From the NCBI GenBank assembly GCA_963674755.2, contig CAXXVS010000002.1:1824001-1888000 (forward strand): a stretch of 64,000 bases of DNA. Reading direction: 5' to 3'. The translations under genes were made by a program, and so were the position numbers. The stretch is from Desulfobacterales bacterium. Lineage in GTDB: Bacteria > Desulfobacterota > Desulfobacteria > Desulfobacterales > UBA5852. The notes under the pieces are model-generated. The model did not search any database, had not been told where the DNA came from, and saw only the letters and a program-made list of their open reading frames with translations. The first letter of the stretch is position 1; each line of letters starts with the position of its first letter. Positions 18,851 to 29,408 of the stretch are shown here, one piece after another.

Positions 18851-19856
18851 GCTTTATCTCGACCACCGTACCATTGGGTACAAACCGATAGATTTCTTCC
18901 ATCTCCTGGTCGGTGACCGCAATGCACCCCTCGGTCCAATCCCTTTCGGCGTGAGCAGCACCGAGCTTTGCGAAGCCATTTTTAATGCCATGGATCATGA
19001 TATCGCCGCCCGGAGAAACACCCAGTTCCCTGGCCCGTCGTTTGTCACCTTCATTGGGATAGGAAATATGAAGAGACAGGTGATAACCGCTGTTGCCGTT
19101 TCGCGAATCGATAATGTAGGTGCCTTCCGGCGTTTTGCAGTCCCCCTGCTGTTCTTTCGGTCCCACCGGGTTGCCGCCCAGGGCGATTGTGTAGGTTTTG
19201 AGCACCTCGCCCTTGGCGAGCAGGGTCAAGCGTCGCGTTTGCTTTTCGATTAAAACCTTGTCGACCGCTTCCGCTCTGAGGGCAAAAAGTTTTTCTTCGA
19301 GGGTTGCAATCGTATCCTGCAGTTTATCGATCTCGTCCGCTTTGTCTTCCAGCGCTTGCCGGGAAGTATCCAGCGCGGCCTGCTGGGCGGCAATGGTTTC
19401 ATCCTTCAGCGTGGCGTTATGGATCTGCAGGATCATCATTTGGCTGTCGAGCCGGTATTCACTCTCCGAGTAATCCCCGACGATTTTCTGAAAACAGTTC
19501 AGCGCTTTCTGATAGTCCTTTTGGGGGTTGGTGGGATAGGCATAGGTAATCCCCATCTCGAAGAGAATGCGGTCCACGGCATCGGGATCGTTAGCTAAAA
19601 GCTGTTCGTAGCGGCTCAGGGCCGCCGCGTAATCGCCCTGATTGAAAAACCGGCTGGCCTCCTGCGAAAGAGCGCCCTCATCGATGTGACTGCATCCGCC
19701 GATCAGCATCGCAACCATCGTCAACCCGACCGTGCAGAACCGAAAAAAACCGCCTGCGCCTTGGGGCCGTATATCTGCTTGCGCTTTAGCGCTTGTCAGC
19801 TGCGTGATAGATGATCGCAAACTTCGTCCTTTTGCTGATAGATTCGCAACACACAA
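18846..19856 (-). CDS. TPR-lipoprotein with L,D-transpeptidase (YkuD) domain, YafK/DpaA-like subfamily (start uncertain)
   Basis: Lipobox-like 'IGGC', TPR, coiled coil, 'GGDIMIHG...WTEGCIAV'. Confidence 0.85.
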   Translation of the reverse strand: MCVANLSAKGRSLRSSITQLTSAKAQADIRPQGAGGFFRFCTVGLTMVAMLIGGCSHIDEGALSQEASRFFNQGDYAAALSRYEQLLANDPDAVDRILFEMGITYAYPTNPQKDYQKALNCFQKIVGDYSESEYRLDSQMMILQIHNATLKDETIAAQQAALDTSRQALEDKADEIDKLQDTIATLEEKLFALRAEAVDKVLIEKQTRRLTLLAKGEVLKTYTIALGGNPVGPKEQQGDCKTPEGTYIIDSRNGNSGYHLSLHISYPNEGDKRRARELGVSPGGDIMIHGIKNGFAKLGAAHAERDWTEGCIAVTDQEMEEIYRFVPNGTVVEIKP

Positions 19857-19890
19857 CCTATCGATGAACAGGAGACGCCGTCAAAGACAA

Positions 19891-19924
19891 GAAAGTGGCC
19901 GGGCGATACTACCCGGCCACTTTC
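19891..19924 (-). terminator. Terminator / stabilising hairpin after the lipoprotein gene
   Basis: 13-bp stem gaaagtggccggg / cccggccactttc. Confidence 0.75.
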
Positions 19925-19932
19925 ATATCAGG

Positions 19933-20256
19933 CTACTTCTTCATGGATTTCTGGAATTTTTCATCGGCGGCTTTCGCTTTTTCCTCGGCCAGCCGCTCCT
20001 TTTCCGCTGCCATGGCCTCTCTTTCGTTGGCCCGCTTTTCAGCCTCCTCGGCGCGATCCATGGCTTCATTGGCCTTCCGGATAGCCTCGTCGGCGGCCAT
20101 CTTGGCCTCCTCCGCATCCTGGGCCGCCTGATCGGCCTTTACGGCCATGGCTTTTTCCCGGGCCTCGACCGCCTCCAGATCACCCTTTGTTGCGCAACCG
20201 ACAAACCCGACGGCGAGCGCCAGCAGCATGGAAATCCCTAAAAACAATCTCTTCAT
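19933..20256 (-). CDS. Lpp/OprI-like alanine-zipper lipoprotein
   Basis: Lipobox 'FVGC', Ala-rich coiled coil, C-terminal 'FQKSMKK'. Confidence 0.85.
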   Translation of the reverse strand: MKRLFLGISMLLALAVGFVGCATKGDLEAVEAREKAMAVKADQAAQDAEEAKMAADEAIRKANEAMDRAEEAEKRANEREAMAAEKERLAEEKAKAADEKFQKSMKK

Positions 20257-20363
20257 AATGGTATTCCCTCCTTTCCCTTCCGTTTACCTGATATTACGAC
20301 GATTACAACATTCCGCCAAACGCCATCATATGCCGCGATGGCGCCAACCAACTCCATTGCCTT

Positions 20364-21827
20364 TTAAGTTTCAAACAATACGCCATCTAGTTCCAAATCG
20401 ATTTTCAAGCGCTGGGCCGCATCTTCGGCTGCATTCTCATTATCGAAAGGACCGGCCAGAACACGGTGGCGGCCATCCTTGGACAATACCCGGGCCGGGA
20501 TCGGCGGTCCCTGATGGTTGATAATGGCCGCCAGCCTCAGGGCGTCCTCCTTGTCACGCAGATTCGCCGCCAGAACATACCAGGCGTCCGTCTTGAAGGC
20601 CGGTATTTCCGGTTGGCCGTACAACCTGTCGGGATGCCTGATATGGATAGCATCCGCGACCGTCATTTCGCGCCCATTGAGAACAGCGGACACGGGCACA
20701 GGAAACCCGCGGGCCTCGAGCACGACCTCCTTGACCCGTTTCCAGTCCAGGGGACGACCGGATTGCTTTTCAATCCGCTGCAATTTGGCATAGGTCGTCT
20801 TCCAGTTGGCGGTTCCCGATTCTTCAAAGGGGGTGTGGGCTTCCAGATAAACCACGCCGTCGCGCCGGCCGACGAGATAGGGCTGGTTGACTATCTGGAC
20901 ACGTGTTTTCACGGCGGTTTTTTTGAACAGCCGTTCGATGTCTTCCGGATAGAGCCGTATGCAGCCATTGGTGGCCCGCAGGCCGATACTGGCCGGCTTG
21001 TTGGTCCCATGGATCAAATAGCCGGCCTCGCTCAAGTAAAGCGCGTATTCCCCCAAGGGGTTCAGCGGGCCCGGAGGGACGGAAGACGGCAGGGGATCCC
21101 CCTTTTTTCGATGATCGGCGGCTATCGAGGCGGGCACATACCAGGTCGGAAGGTGCTTTTTGCGGGTGATAATCATCTTGCCCATGGGGGAGGGCCGCTC
21201 CTTCGTGCCGACGCCGACCGGGTAGGTCGACACGGCTAGCAGGTCGCCTTTTCCTTTAAAATAAAAGAGCCGCATCGTAGCCAAGTTGATCACGATGCCG
21301 TTGCGCCGGGTGTCGGGCAGGATAAAACTCATGGGCAGCAGGATACGCCCCCAGGTATCCGGCACCCAGATGTCGACGCCCGGATTGGCCGAACTGACGG
21401 TATTGATGCCCAGGCTGAAATGGCGGGCGATATCCGGCAGGGTATCCCCCTTCTCCAGCCGGATCGTCGCCAGACGGCCGACCACGTCATCGTCTTTGGC
21501 GACCGTGAAGTCGTTTCGATCGATCGCATCCTCCGGGTAGGCGGGCATGGGCAGCGATTTGGCCATGAATTCCTGCATATGCGCACAGCCCGGCAACGAC
21601 AGGAGAACCATCAAGAGGATTGCAAGAGGAAGTCTGTTAAATGCGGGAAACAGGTCGGCTATTCGATTCAGGGTCATATATGCAACGATTTTTAGTGTCG
21701 AAAGGTTAAATCCCGCCCCATCGTGCAACGGAACCGTATGATAAAACACACAAGTCTTCACCCTAAATGACATAATAATGAAAATCGGCGCTAACAATAC
21801 CATGGACGAAGTACGCCAAGATGGCAT
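20364..21827 (-). CDS. L,D-transpeptidase (ErfK/YbiS/YcfS/YnhG type) with C-terminal SPOR domain (true start probably downstream)
   Basis: 'GDTLPDIARHF', 'PPGPLNPLGEYALYL', 'YLIHGTN...IGLRATNGCIRL', SPOR 'HRVLAGPF'. Confidence 0.92.
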   Translation of the reverse strand: MPSWRTSSMVLLAPIFIIMSFRVKTCVFYHTVPLHDGAGFNLSTLKIVAYMTLNRIADLFPAFNRLPLAILLMVLLSLPGCAHMQEFMAKSLPMPAYPEDAIDRNDFTVAKDDDVVGRLATIRLEKGDTLPDIARHFSLGINTVSSANPGVDIWVPDTWGRILLPMSFILPDTRRNGIVINLATMRLFYFKGKGDLLAVSTYPVGVGTKERPSPMGKMIITRKKHLPTWYVPASIAADHRKKGDPLPSSVPPGPLNPLGEYALYLSEAGYLIHGTNKPASIGLRATNGCIRLYPEDIERLFKKTAVKTRVQIVNQPYLVGRRDGVVYLEAHTPFEESGTANWKTTYAKLQRIEKQSGRPLDWKRVKEVVLEARGFPVPVSAVLNGREMTVADAIHIRHPDRLYGQPEIPAFKTDAWYVLAANLRDKEDALRLAAIINHQGPPIPARVLSKDGRHRVLAGPFDNENAAEDAAQRLKIDLELDGVLFET

Positions 21828-22028
21828 GCTTTTTACGAATAAAACGTGCGCCTTCGGTCTGGCAATTCCTCTCCCCGCAAGCTGTTCGGCCGGCGGGCGG
21901 TAACGTTCAGGGGCGTTTCACCACCAAACAGGGCCTTCGATTCGTCTACGTCCAACAGCCCCGCGACGCGGGTCTGACAATCTCTGCAAAGTCCATTCCC
22001 AAAGATGCCATCGCTGGATGGGCACGAT

Positions 22029-22652
22029 TTAGCCCAGCAACAAGTTAATCACCGATAGAATCATCCAGCGAAAAAAGTCAATCACGGGGTTTAAAACCCC
22101 GAAATACAGCAACGCGATGATAATGATAAACCCATAGCGTTCGGAACGGAAAAGCAGATTTTGAACTTTGGGGGATGCAAACCCCATGAGGATTTTGGAC
22201 CCGTCGAGCGGCGGCAGGGGGATCAAATTAAAGGCGGCCAGGATAATGTTGATCTGGGCGAAATAATAGAGCAGCACGGCCGGCATACTGGAGGGCGCAG
22301 GGGACAGCAGCCGCGTCAGAAACATGGCCATAAACGCCAATAGCATGTTCGCGATGATCCCGGCGGCGGAGACCAAAATCATGCCCATGCGCCGGTCACG
22401 CAGTTGGCCGAAATTCACCGGCACCGGTTTGGCCCATCCAAAGCCGAAAACGAAAAGCATGAGGGTGCCCAGGGGGTCGAGATGCTTGAGGGGATTCAGG
22501 CTCAGCCGGCCCATTGACTTGGCCGTGGAATCGCCTAAGCGGTAGGCGACCCAGCCATGGGCCAGCTCATGAAAAATGATGGCATACAAGAGTGGAATGG
22601 CGATAAGGATGAATGCAACCGGATCTTTCAGCAGCAGATTGAGCAGGCCCAT
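22029..22652 (-). CDS. Site-2 protease (peptidase M50)
   Basis: 'HELAHG' and 'FNLIPLPPLDGS' motifs, multiple TM segments. Confidence 0.93.
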   Translation of the reverse strand: MGLLNLLLKDPVAFILIAIPLLYAIIFHELAHGWVAYRLGDSTAKSMGRLSLNPLKHLDPLGTLMLFVFGFGWAKPVPVNFGQLRDRRMGMILVSAAGIIANMLLAFMAMFLTRLLSPAPSSMPAVLLYYFAQINIILAAFNLIPLPPLDGSKILMGFASPKVQNLLFRSERYGFIIIIALLYFGVLNPVIDFFRWMILSVINLLLG

Positions 22653-23144
22653 GAATTTTCTCCCGATAGATGGTGTTCTTCCAGAGATGGCAGATTCGAG
22701 GTCGATCTTTGTGACACAACACCTGCCAAACCTCCAGAGAAAACATTGGAAGCTATGCCTCACGCAAAGCCGCTAAGTGCCATACATATTCTTGTACGGG
22801 TAGGTCATAGCGGCCAGGCCATTTGTCATGCGACCCCAAACGACGCATGCAACAGCGCAACGAATACCCATACCATGGTGCCTCATGATGGGATATTCAA
22901 TATTCCGCCTGATCCGGTGGGCCGCCCTGGCAGTGTACCCCTGCGCCGGATGAGGGGAACGCACCGCCATCGACGATAGTGCCCAACAGCGGAATAGCGC
23001 CGGGCGTATCCAGGCCTCCCTATTTTTAATCCATCCCGTGCTCCCGGTTGTTTCATTCATCATCCCCCAAACCCGACCGTCTGATTGATTTAAAAAGATG
23101 TCGGCAACATGTAAACAAATTGAGACGACCGCACGTCTATAGGG

Positions 23145-23846
23145 TTGACAATGGTCCGCCCCCCCGTGAGTACGGTACAAAAGGGTGGACATGCCCCTGT
23201 GGAGACGGATAAGATTCTGATGATGCATGCCAAACGAGCCGAGGCGGAAAAGCCATCCGAAGCAGCGGACGTTTCGACGGTCGGGCTGGTGGAGCAAGCC
23301 CAGAATGGGGATCGAACGGCCTTTCACAGGCTGGCGGATCAGTTTCAACCGAGGATCTACCGCATGATATTTTACCGGACCCGTTCCCGGATGGATGCCG
23401 AAGACCTTACCCAAGACGTAATGCTCAAGGCCTACAAAAACATTGGGGGGTTGAAGTCGTCCGAGGTTTTTACCAGCTGGCTCTATCGCATCGCCATGAA
23501 CCGGGTAAAGGATTACTATCGTAAGAAGCAATTCCGATCCCTGTTCGGGGTTGCATCGGTGGACGAGGAAGGCTTCCATGAAACCGCTGAAATGGCGGTG
23601 GCGCCGGAGGTGGAAGGCGCCCTTTCGAAAAAGGATTTCTGGCGGCAGATCGGCCGGATGCTGACCCGCCTGACCGCCATGGAGAAGGAAGTCTTTTTAC
23701 TGAGGTTTTTCGACCAGCTGTCAATTAAGGAAATGAGCGCAGCACTCCATAAAAGTGAGAGCAGCATCAAAACACAGCTTCACCGCGCCCTGCGCAAGGT
23801 TAAGGACAGGGCCGGCGAATTGGAAGTCCTCCTGGAGGGATCATGA
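23145..23846 (+). CDS. ECF RNA polymerase sigma factor (start may be ~23220)
   Basis: Region 2 'DAEDLTQDV..KAY...FTSWLYRIAMN'; region 4 'SIKTQLHRALRK'. Confidence 0.92.
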   Translation: MTMVRPPVSTVQKGGHAPVETDKILMMHAKRAEAEKPSEAADVSTVGLVEQAQNGDRTAFHRLADQFQPRIYRMIFYRTRSRMDAEDLTQDVMLKAYKNIGGLKSSEVFTSWLYRIAMNRVKDYYRKKQFRSLFGVASVDEEGFHETAEMAVAPEVEGALSKKDFWRQIGRMLTRLTAMEKEVFLLRFFDQLSIKEMSAALHKSESSIKTQLHRALRKVKDRAGELEVLLEGS

Positions 23847-24457
23847 CGCATCACAGTCCCAACGTACATTTTTCCGAGGATGAATTGCTGCGGGCGACGG
23901 TCGATCTAGCGGATCTGGATCCCGCCCGACAGGCACACCTTAAATCCTGCCTGCATTGCCAGCGCCAAGCCAGGGATTTGACCGATCGCTATCGTCGTCT
24001 AGGACAGATGGCCAGGCAGATGGCGCCCGAACCACGGAAGTCCTTCAGGGTGCCGGCGGACAATGCCCCGCTCCGCCGATGGCATTTAAAGCCGGTCATG
24101 GCGTTGGGGCTATTGGGGGTCCTGATTTTCGCCGTCACCTTGTGGGGACCGCGATTCACCCGAGATACCCAATCGCCCACGCCCATGGTGGCGCAAAATA
24201 ATGCGCATGACGATCAACTGATGGACGAGGTGGACACCCTGGTGGATGACGCCCTGCCGGAAGACTACCAGCAGTTGGTCGCCCTGTCAGACGATCGATC
24301 CGTCGAGGACCTGGACGATTTCATGAATTGGATGGTGCCTTCCCCGGAGGAAGGGGGAGATGTGGAGCAGCCGGCTACTTCGGACCGGGAAAACCGGCAG
24401 GGACCTTTAGCCCGGTCGCATGCGACGGTTCACGCAGAAGAAGGGACAATGGCATGA
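23843..24457 (+). CDS. Zinc-binding anti-sigma factor (ZAS)
   Basis: HxxxCxxC ('HLKSCLHC'), single TM, overlaps the sigma stop. Confidence 0.8.
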   Translation: MTHHSPNVHFSEDELLRATVDLADLDPARQAHLKSCLHCQRQARDLTDRYRRLGQMARQMAPEPRKSFRVPADNAPLRRWHLKPVMALGLLGVLIFAVTLWGPRFTRDTQSPTPMVAQNNAHDDQLMDEVDTLVDDALPEDYQQLVALSDDRSVEDLDDFMNWMVPSPEEGGDVEQPATSDRENRQGPLARSHATVHAEEGTMA

Positions 24458-24924
24458 AGCTCAAACGAACACTCGGTATGATGGCGGTTCTTTTCACGGT
24501 GCTGTCAATGGCAGGACCGGTAATGGCCAACGGTTCTTCCAAGTGGCGATGGTGGCATAACGACGCGATCATCACCCAGCTGAAGCTTTCTCCGGAGGAG
24601 ACCAAGGCGCTGGACGACGCTTTTGTCGAGTCGCGCCGCCGCATGCTGGAAGTCAAGGGACGGGTGGAGGCGGAGCGCTTTCAACTGGAAGAGATGATGA
24701 GCCGCCCCGAAATTGATGTGGCCGCCCTCCGGGAGCAAAACCGCAAAATGGAGTCGGCCCGCACCGAACTGGCGGAGGTACGCTTCGACTTCCTGTTGAA
24801 ATCGCGTGAAATTCTCGGATACGAGCGGTTCCAGAAGCTAACCGCAATTCAACGCCAATGGCGGAAAGAACGCCAGGAAAAATGGGATCAAAAACGGAAT
24901 GAACAGGAAAACCAGGGCAACTAG
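24454..24924 (+). CDS. Spy/CpxP/ZraP-like periplasmic protein
   Basis: Signal peptide, 'QLKLSPEE', 'REILGYERFQKL'; ATGA coupling. Confidence 0.8.
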   Translation: MKLKRTLGMMAVLFTVLSMAGPVMANGSSKWRWWHNDAIITQLKLSPEETKALDDAFVESRRRMLEVKGRVEAERFQLEEMMSRPEIDVAALREQNRKMESARTELAEVRFDFLLKSREILGYERFQKLTAIQRQWRKERQEKWDQKRNEQENQGN

Positions 24925-25155
24925 CCCGGAAATTCCAGCATATCCGGGCTAAAACCGCACGTCCGAAAAAAGCATTCCGGTGGCGCCCAATTCGGGGATT
25001 CGCCTATCAGCGCGGCAGCCTAGCGGCTTATCGGCTTATTAGCCTCTTTGCGCTGTCTGCGGTTCGGCGTGGGACAGGTGGCGTGGCGTTGCGGTTCTTG
25101 AGGGTGTCGACCGGAGGCCTCTTTGGCGTGTTCCCTTCCGTCAAACAGATGGTCA

Positions 25156-27156
25156 TCACGCGTTACGGAACGGCTTATGTTCATCGAGTATGTTGCGGAT
25201 GGCTTGCGAAAGCTCGGAGATCTGGAACGGTTTCTGGATGAACCCGTTGCCTCCCTTTTCCAATATGGCCTGCGCCTGGCCGTCGATGGAATAGCCGCTT
25301 GACAACATCACCGGTATGTCGGGTTGAATCTCACGGATCCGCTCGAAGGTCTTGCCGCCGTCGAACCCGGGCATGATCAAATCGAGGATCACCAGGTCGA
25401 TTTCATCCCCCCGCTCCCGGACGGTCTCAACGGCCTGCCGGCCACCAGCCGCGACAAGGGCGTGATAGCCCAGCCTTTCCAGGATTGCCTTCCCCACATC
25501 GAGGATCATCTCTTCATCATCGACGACAAGAATGGTGCCGGATCCCTGTAAAGTCTTTTCTTCGATAATGACATCTTCCTGGGCCTCCTTGTCCGATGCA
25601 GGAAGATAAATTGTGAAGGCGGTTCCGTTTCCCGGTTCGCTGTATACGGTGATAAAGCCGCCGTGGTTCTTCACGATGCCGTAGGCCGATGCCAACCCCA
25701 GTCCGGTACCGCACCCGATTTCCTTGGTAGTGAAAAAGGGGTCGAAAATGCGCTGGCGGGTTGCTTCATCCATCCCCAAGCCGGTATCGGTGATCGAAAT
25801 CCGGACGAACCGGCCTGGTGCGGCGGAATGGGGCGCCACCACCGCCTGGTCGAGCATCACGTTGTCCGTGCGCAGCGAAAGATCCCCGCCACCGGGCATG
25901 GCCTGCCAGGCATTGATGAACAAATTGAGGAAGACCTGCTCCATCTGGCGTTGATCCGCCTCCACTACCCACAGGTTGGGTTCGAAGGTTTTCAGGATGC
26001 GAATTTCTTTGCGGGTGCGGCTGAACATGTCGGCGGCATGTTCGATCAATTCATTGAAGGCGGTGGGCTTGATTTCGTATTTGCCGCCCCGGGCGAACCC
26101 CAGCAACTGGTTCGTTAGAGCGGTGGCGCTTTGCACATACTCCTCGATGGCCCGGATATTCGGCCAGAACGGATGCGCGGCATCGATTTCGGTTGTCATC
26201 AGCGAGGCATGGCCCTGGATGCCCATAAGGAGGTTGTTGAGATCATGGGCAAGCCCGCCCGCCAGTGTGCCGACCGTTTCCATCTTCTGGGCATGCAGCA
26301 ATTGCGCCTCGAGCTTCTTGCGCTCGTGCTCGGCCTCTTTGCGCTTTGTAATGTTGAGCCCCATACCGACCACGCCGATAATCTCGCCGTCGATGTTGCG
26401 CAACGGCAGCTTATTGGTGAGAATCCAACCCAACCGGCCATCCGGGGAATAATAAGACTCTTCGCTGTCAACGAGCGCTTTTCCCTCTTCGATGACCTGC
26501 CGCTCATCCCGGCGAAAATTTAGCGCGTCGGCATCCGAATAAAAATCGAAATCCGTTTTGCCGATCAGATTTTCGGGGTCCGTTTCTCCCATCAGGCGCG
26601 TCACCGCCTTATTGGCCAGGAGGAACCGGCTTTCCCGGTCCTTGACATAGATATAGCCCGGCACGATATCGATTAACGTCCTCAGGAGATTGCGTTCCTC
26701 CGCGAGCTCGATTTCCGTCTTCTTGCGATCCGTGATATCCCAAAAAATCCCGATAATACCGATGACCTGTCGGCGACTGTCAAACAATGGCGACTTGATG
26801 ACCTGGATATAGCCGGATTCGCCGCCTATGGATTGCCAGGCCTCTTCAATCGTTTCGGCCTGGCATAGATCCATAATCCTTTGGTCGTCTTCACGAAATT
26901 TTTCGGCCAGCGCCCGGGGATGGATTTCAAAATCGTTTCTTCCGATGACGTCCTGGTAGGTTTTCCCCACGCTCTTGCAATAAAACTCATTGGCGAAAAT
27001 AAACCGGCCGTCTTTGTCTTTGGCAAACACGTTGAGGGGCAAAGAGTGAATCAAAGAAGACAGGAGCCAGCTGTCAGGCTTATACCCTTCTCTGTTAAGG
27101 GGCTGTTTCGCCTGCTTTAAAATACGGTTACCGCTGGTGGAATTGGGCTGTTCCAT
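25156..27156 (-). CDS. Cytoplasmic PAS-PAS hybrid histidine kinase
   Basis: Two PAS domains, 'AGGLAHDLNN', 'FDPFFTTK..GTGLGL', receiver domain. Confidence 0.95.
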   Translation of the reverse strand: MEQPNSTSGNRILKQAKQPLNREGYKPDSWLLSSLIHSLPLNVFAKDKDGRFIFANEFYCKSVGKTYQDVIGRNDFEIHPRALAEKFREDDQRIMDLCQAETIEEAWQSIGGESGYIQVIKSPLFDSRRQVIGIIGIFWDITDRKKTEIELAEERNLLRTLIDIVPGYIYVKDRESRFLLANKAVTRLMGETDPENLIGKTDFDFYSDADALNFRRDERQVIEEGKALVDSEESYYSPDGRLGWILTNKLPLRNIDGEIIGVVGMGLNITKRKEAEHERKKLEAQLLHAQKMETVGTLAGGLAHDLNNLLMGIQGHASLMTTEIDAAHPFWPNIRAIEEYVQSATALTNQLLGFARGGKYEIKPTAFNELIEHAADMFSRTRKEIRILKTFEPNLWVVEADQRQMEQVFLNLFINAWQAMPGGGDLSLRTDNVMLDQAVVAPHSAAPGRFVRISITDTGLGMDEATRQRIFDPFFTTKEIGCGTGLGLASAYGIVKNHGGFITVYSEPGNGTAFTIYLPASDKEAQEDVIIEEKTLQGSGTILVVDDEEMILDVGKAILERLGYHALVAAGGRQAVETVRERGDEIDLVILDLIMPGFDGGKTFERIREIQPDIPVMLSSGYSIDGQAQAILEKGGNGFIQKPFQISELSQAIRNILDEHKPFRNA

Positions 27157-27520
27157 TATTGAACCTTATGGCATTTCAGGGTGTCTGCCGGATGGGCATC
27201 GCGCTTTATGGCGTTTCTTCGCACGCTTTTTATCGGGCAACTGCCTGACGATGGGGGGCGCGGAGGAAACCATCCCTTGAGCCCGCAGCATGCTGCGCGA
27301 GGGGAACACGGGTTGGAAAGAACCGCGGCTGTCATCGGATACCCGTCAGGATTGGCGGCCGCCCGTTAGGCGCATCCGACGGTTGGGTGCCATGCCGTTC
27401 AGTATGGTATCGGGACCCATGCCGTAAAACTTGAGCATTTCTCCAACGCCCCTTTATGTCCCAAAAAAACATAATATGTCCAATAATTTCAAACACTCAA
27501 GACAACCCTTCTGAATACAA

Positions 27521-28591
27521 TCAATGTCGCGCCGCTTTCAGCATGAACCGGTAGACCGTTTCCGATCGATAGGTCTCCCCGGGACGCAGGATGGTCGAGG
27601 GGAATTCCGGCTGGTTGGGGGAATTGGGGAAGTGCTGGGTTTCGAGGCACAGCCCCTGGCGGCGCCGGTAGGGACGGCGGCCTTTTCCGGGCAACCGGCT
27701 GTGCAGCGAATTGCCGGAATAGAACTGAAGGCCCGGCTCGCTGGTGCATACCTCCAGCACCCGGCCGCTGTTTTCATCGTAGACCGAGGCCTGCCGTTTG
27801 ATCTCCCCGTCATAGGTGTTGAGGACCCAGTTATGATCGTAGCCGCCCACCCGCTCCAACTGCATGTGGCCGCCGTCGATCCGTTCGTTGATGGCGGTGG
27901 GCCGGCGAAAGTCCAGGGGCGTGTCGGCGACCGGAGCGATTTCGCCGGTGGGGATGAATGCCGCATCGACCGGCAGGAAAAAATCCGCATTGATCCAGAC
28001 GATGTGCCCATCGATGGCGGCCTGGTGATTGCCGGAAAGGTTGAAATACCCGTGATGGGTCAGATTGACAGGAGTCGCCCGGTCCGTTTCGGCCCGGTAT
28101 TGGATGCGGAGTTCATTGTCATTGTTCAGGGAATAGTGCACGCTGACCGCCAGCTTGCCGGGATAGCCCTCCTCGCCGTGTTCGCTGATGCGCTTGAGCG
28201 TCAGGCCGATGCGGTCGCCGCCGGTCACCGGTTCGGCCTTCCATAGGTGTTTGTCAAAGCCGGTCTTGCCCCCATGCAGATGGTGAGCGCCATGATTCCG
28301 TGACAGGGCGCAGGCGGTGCCGTCCAAAATGAACCGGCCGTGGGCGATGCGGTTGGCATAGCGGCCGATGACGGCCCCCATGTAGTGGGTGTCGTGCCAA
28401 TAGCCCGCCGCATCGCTATACCCCAGGACGATATCGTCAAACTCCCCTTCCCGGTCCGGCACCCTGATGGACTGAACCGCCGCGCCCAGGTCGATAATGC
28501 TGACACGGGTGCCCCGGTCGTTATGGAGGGTGAAGCGGGTGACGGGATGCCCGGGGGGGGTCTGGCCGAAGTGACGTTTTTCGATTCGCAT
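27521..28591 (-). CDS. galM: Aldose 1-epimerase (mutarotase)
   Basis: 'GRYANRI', 'HLHGG', 'NLTHHGYFNL', 'YDHNW', 'CLETQHFP'. Confidence 0.95.
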   Translation of the reverse strand: MRIEKRHFGQTPPGHPVTRFTLHNDRGTRVSIIDLGAAVQSIRVPDREGEFDDIVLGYSDAAGYWHDTHYMGAVIGRYANRIAHGRFILDGTACALSRNHGAHHLHGGKTGFDKHLWKAEPVTGGDRIGLTLKRISEHGEEGYPGKLAVSVHYSLNNDNELRIQYRAETDRATPVNLTHHGYFNLSGNHQAAIDGHIVWINADFFLPVDAAFIPTGEIAPVADTPLDFRRPTAINERIDGGHMQLERVGGYDHNWVLNTYDGEIKRQASVYDENSGRVLEVCTSEPGLQFYSGNSLHSRLPGKGRRPYRRRQGLCLETQHFPNSPNQPEFPSTILRPGETYRSETVYRFMLKAARH

Positions 28592-28595
28592 GCCG

Positions 28596-29396
28596 TTAGA
28601 CCGGTCCGGCGGCGTCCGGAAGTTTGCCCATGATGATCATGCCCAGGACTTCGTCTTTGGTCACCTCCTGGGTGCGCCGGGTTCCGATCAGCTTGCCGTT
28701 TTTCAAGACCGATACACGGTCCGACAGGTCGAACACGTCGTGCAGATCATGGCTGATCAGGAAGATACCGACCCCCTCGTTTTTAAGCTGCTGGATCAAT
28801 TCGGATACCATGGCGGTCTCCTGGGGACCGAGGGCCGCCGTGGGTTCGTCCATGATGAGGACCTTGGCGTTGAAGTAAATGGCGCGGGCGATGGCCACGG
28901 ATTGGCGCTGCCCCCCGCTCATGTTTTGAACGGCGTCGGTAATGTTCATGAAGTTGGGATTGAGCCGCTGGATGACCTTGCGGGCTTCGTTTTCCATGGC
29001 GCGGTCGTTGAGGGTTCCGTACGGGGTCATGATCTCCCGGCCCAGAAACAAATTGCCGGGTGCGTCGAGATTGTCGGCCAGCGCCAGGGTTTGATAAATG
29101 GTTTCGATGCCGAATTGGCGGGCATCGCGGGGGGAATCGATGCGAACTGTTTCGCCGTTGATGCGAATTTCGCCTTCGTCGCAGGGGATGGCCCCGGAAA
29201 GGGTTTTCATCAACACGGTTTTCCCGGCACCGTTGTGCCCCAGGATGCCGGCGACTTCGCCGGGGTACAGATCGATGCTCACCCCCTGGACAGCGTGCAC
29301 GCCGCCGAACCGCTTGTGGATATTGATCATTTCCACCAGGGGGGGCCGGTCCCCAGACGGATCCGTCCGGGAATCGGGCCGGGGCAAGACGCTCAT
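28596..29396 (-). CDS. xylG: Sugar (xylose) ABC transporter ATP-binding protein, single domain
   Basis: Walker A 'GHNGAGKT', 'SGGQRQ', 'IMDEPT'; xylose cluster context. Confidence 0.85.
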   Translation of the reverse strand: MSVLPRPDSRTDPSGDRPPLVEMINIHKRFGGVHAVQGVSIDLYPGEVAGILGHNGAGKTVLMKTLSGAIPCDEGEIRINGETVRIDSPRDARQFGIETIYQTLALADNLDAPGNLFLGREIMTPYGTLNDRAMENEARKVIQRLNPNFMNITDAVQNMSGGQRQSVAIARAIYFNAKVLIMDEPTAALGPQETAMVSELIQQLKNEGVGIFLISHDLHDVFDLSDRVSVLKNGKLIGTRRTQEVTKDEVLGMIIMGKLPDAAGPV

Positions 29397-29408
29397 GACC
29401 GAATCTCC

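Noticed and set aside
18596..18916. 106-aa ORF as a functional response regulator
   Set aside because: Lacks the N-terminal half containing the phosphoacceptor Asp and overlaps the convergent Ldt gene; treated as a remnant.
27346..27438. 30-codon minus-strand ORF MLKFYGMGPDT... with a GGAG upstream
   Set aside because: Too short, with no recognisable motif or supporting context.
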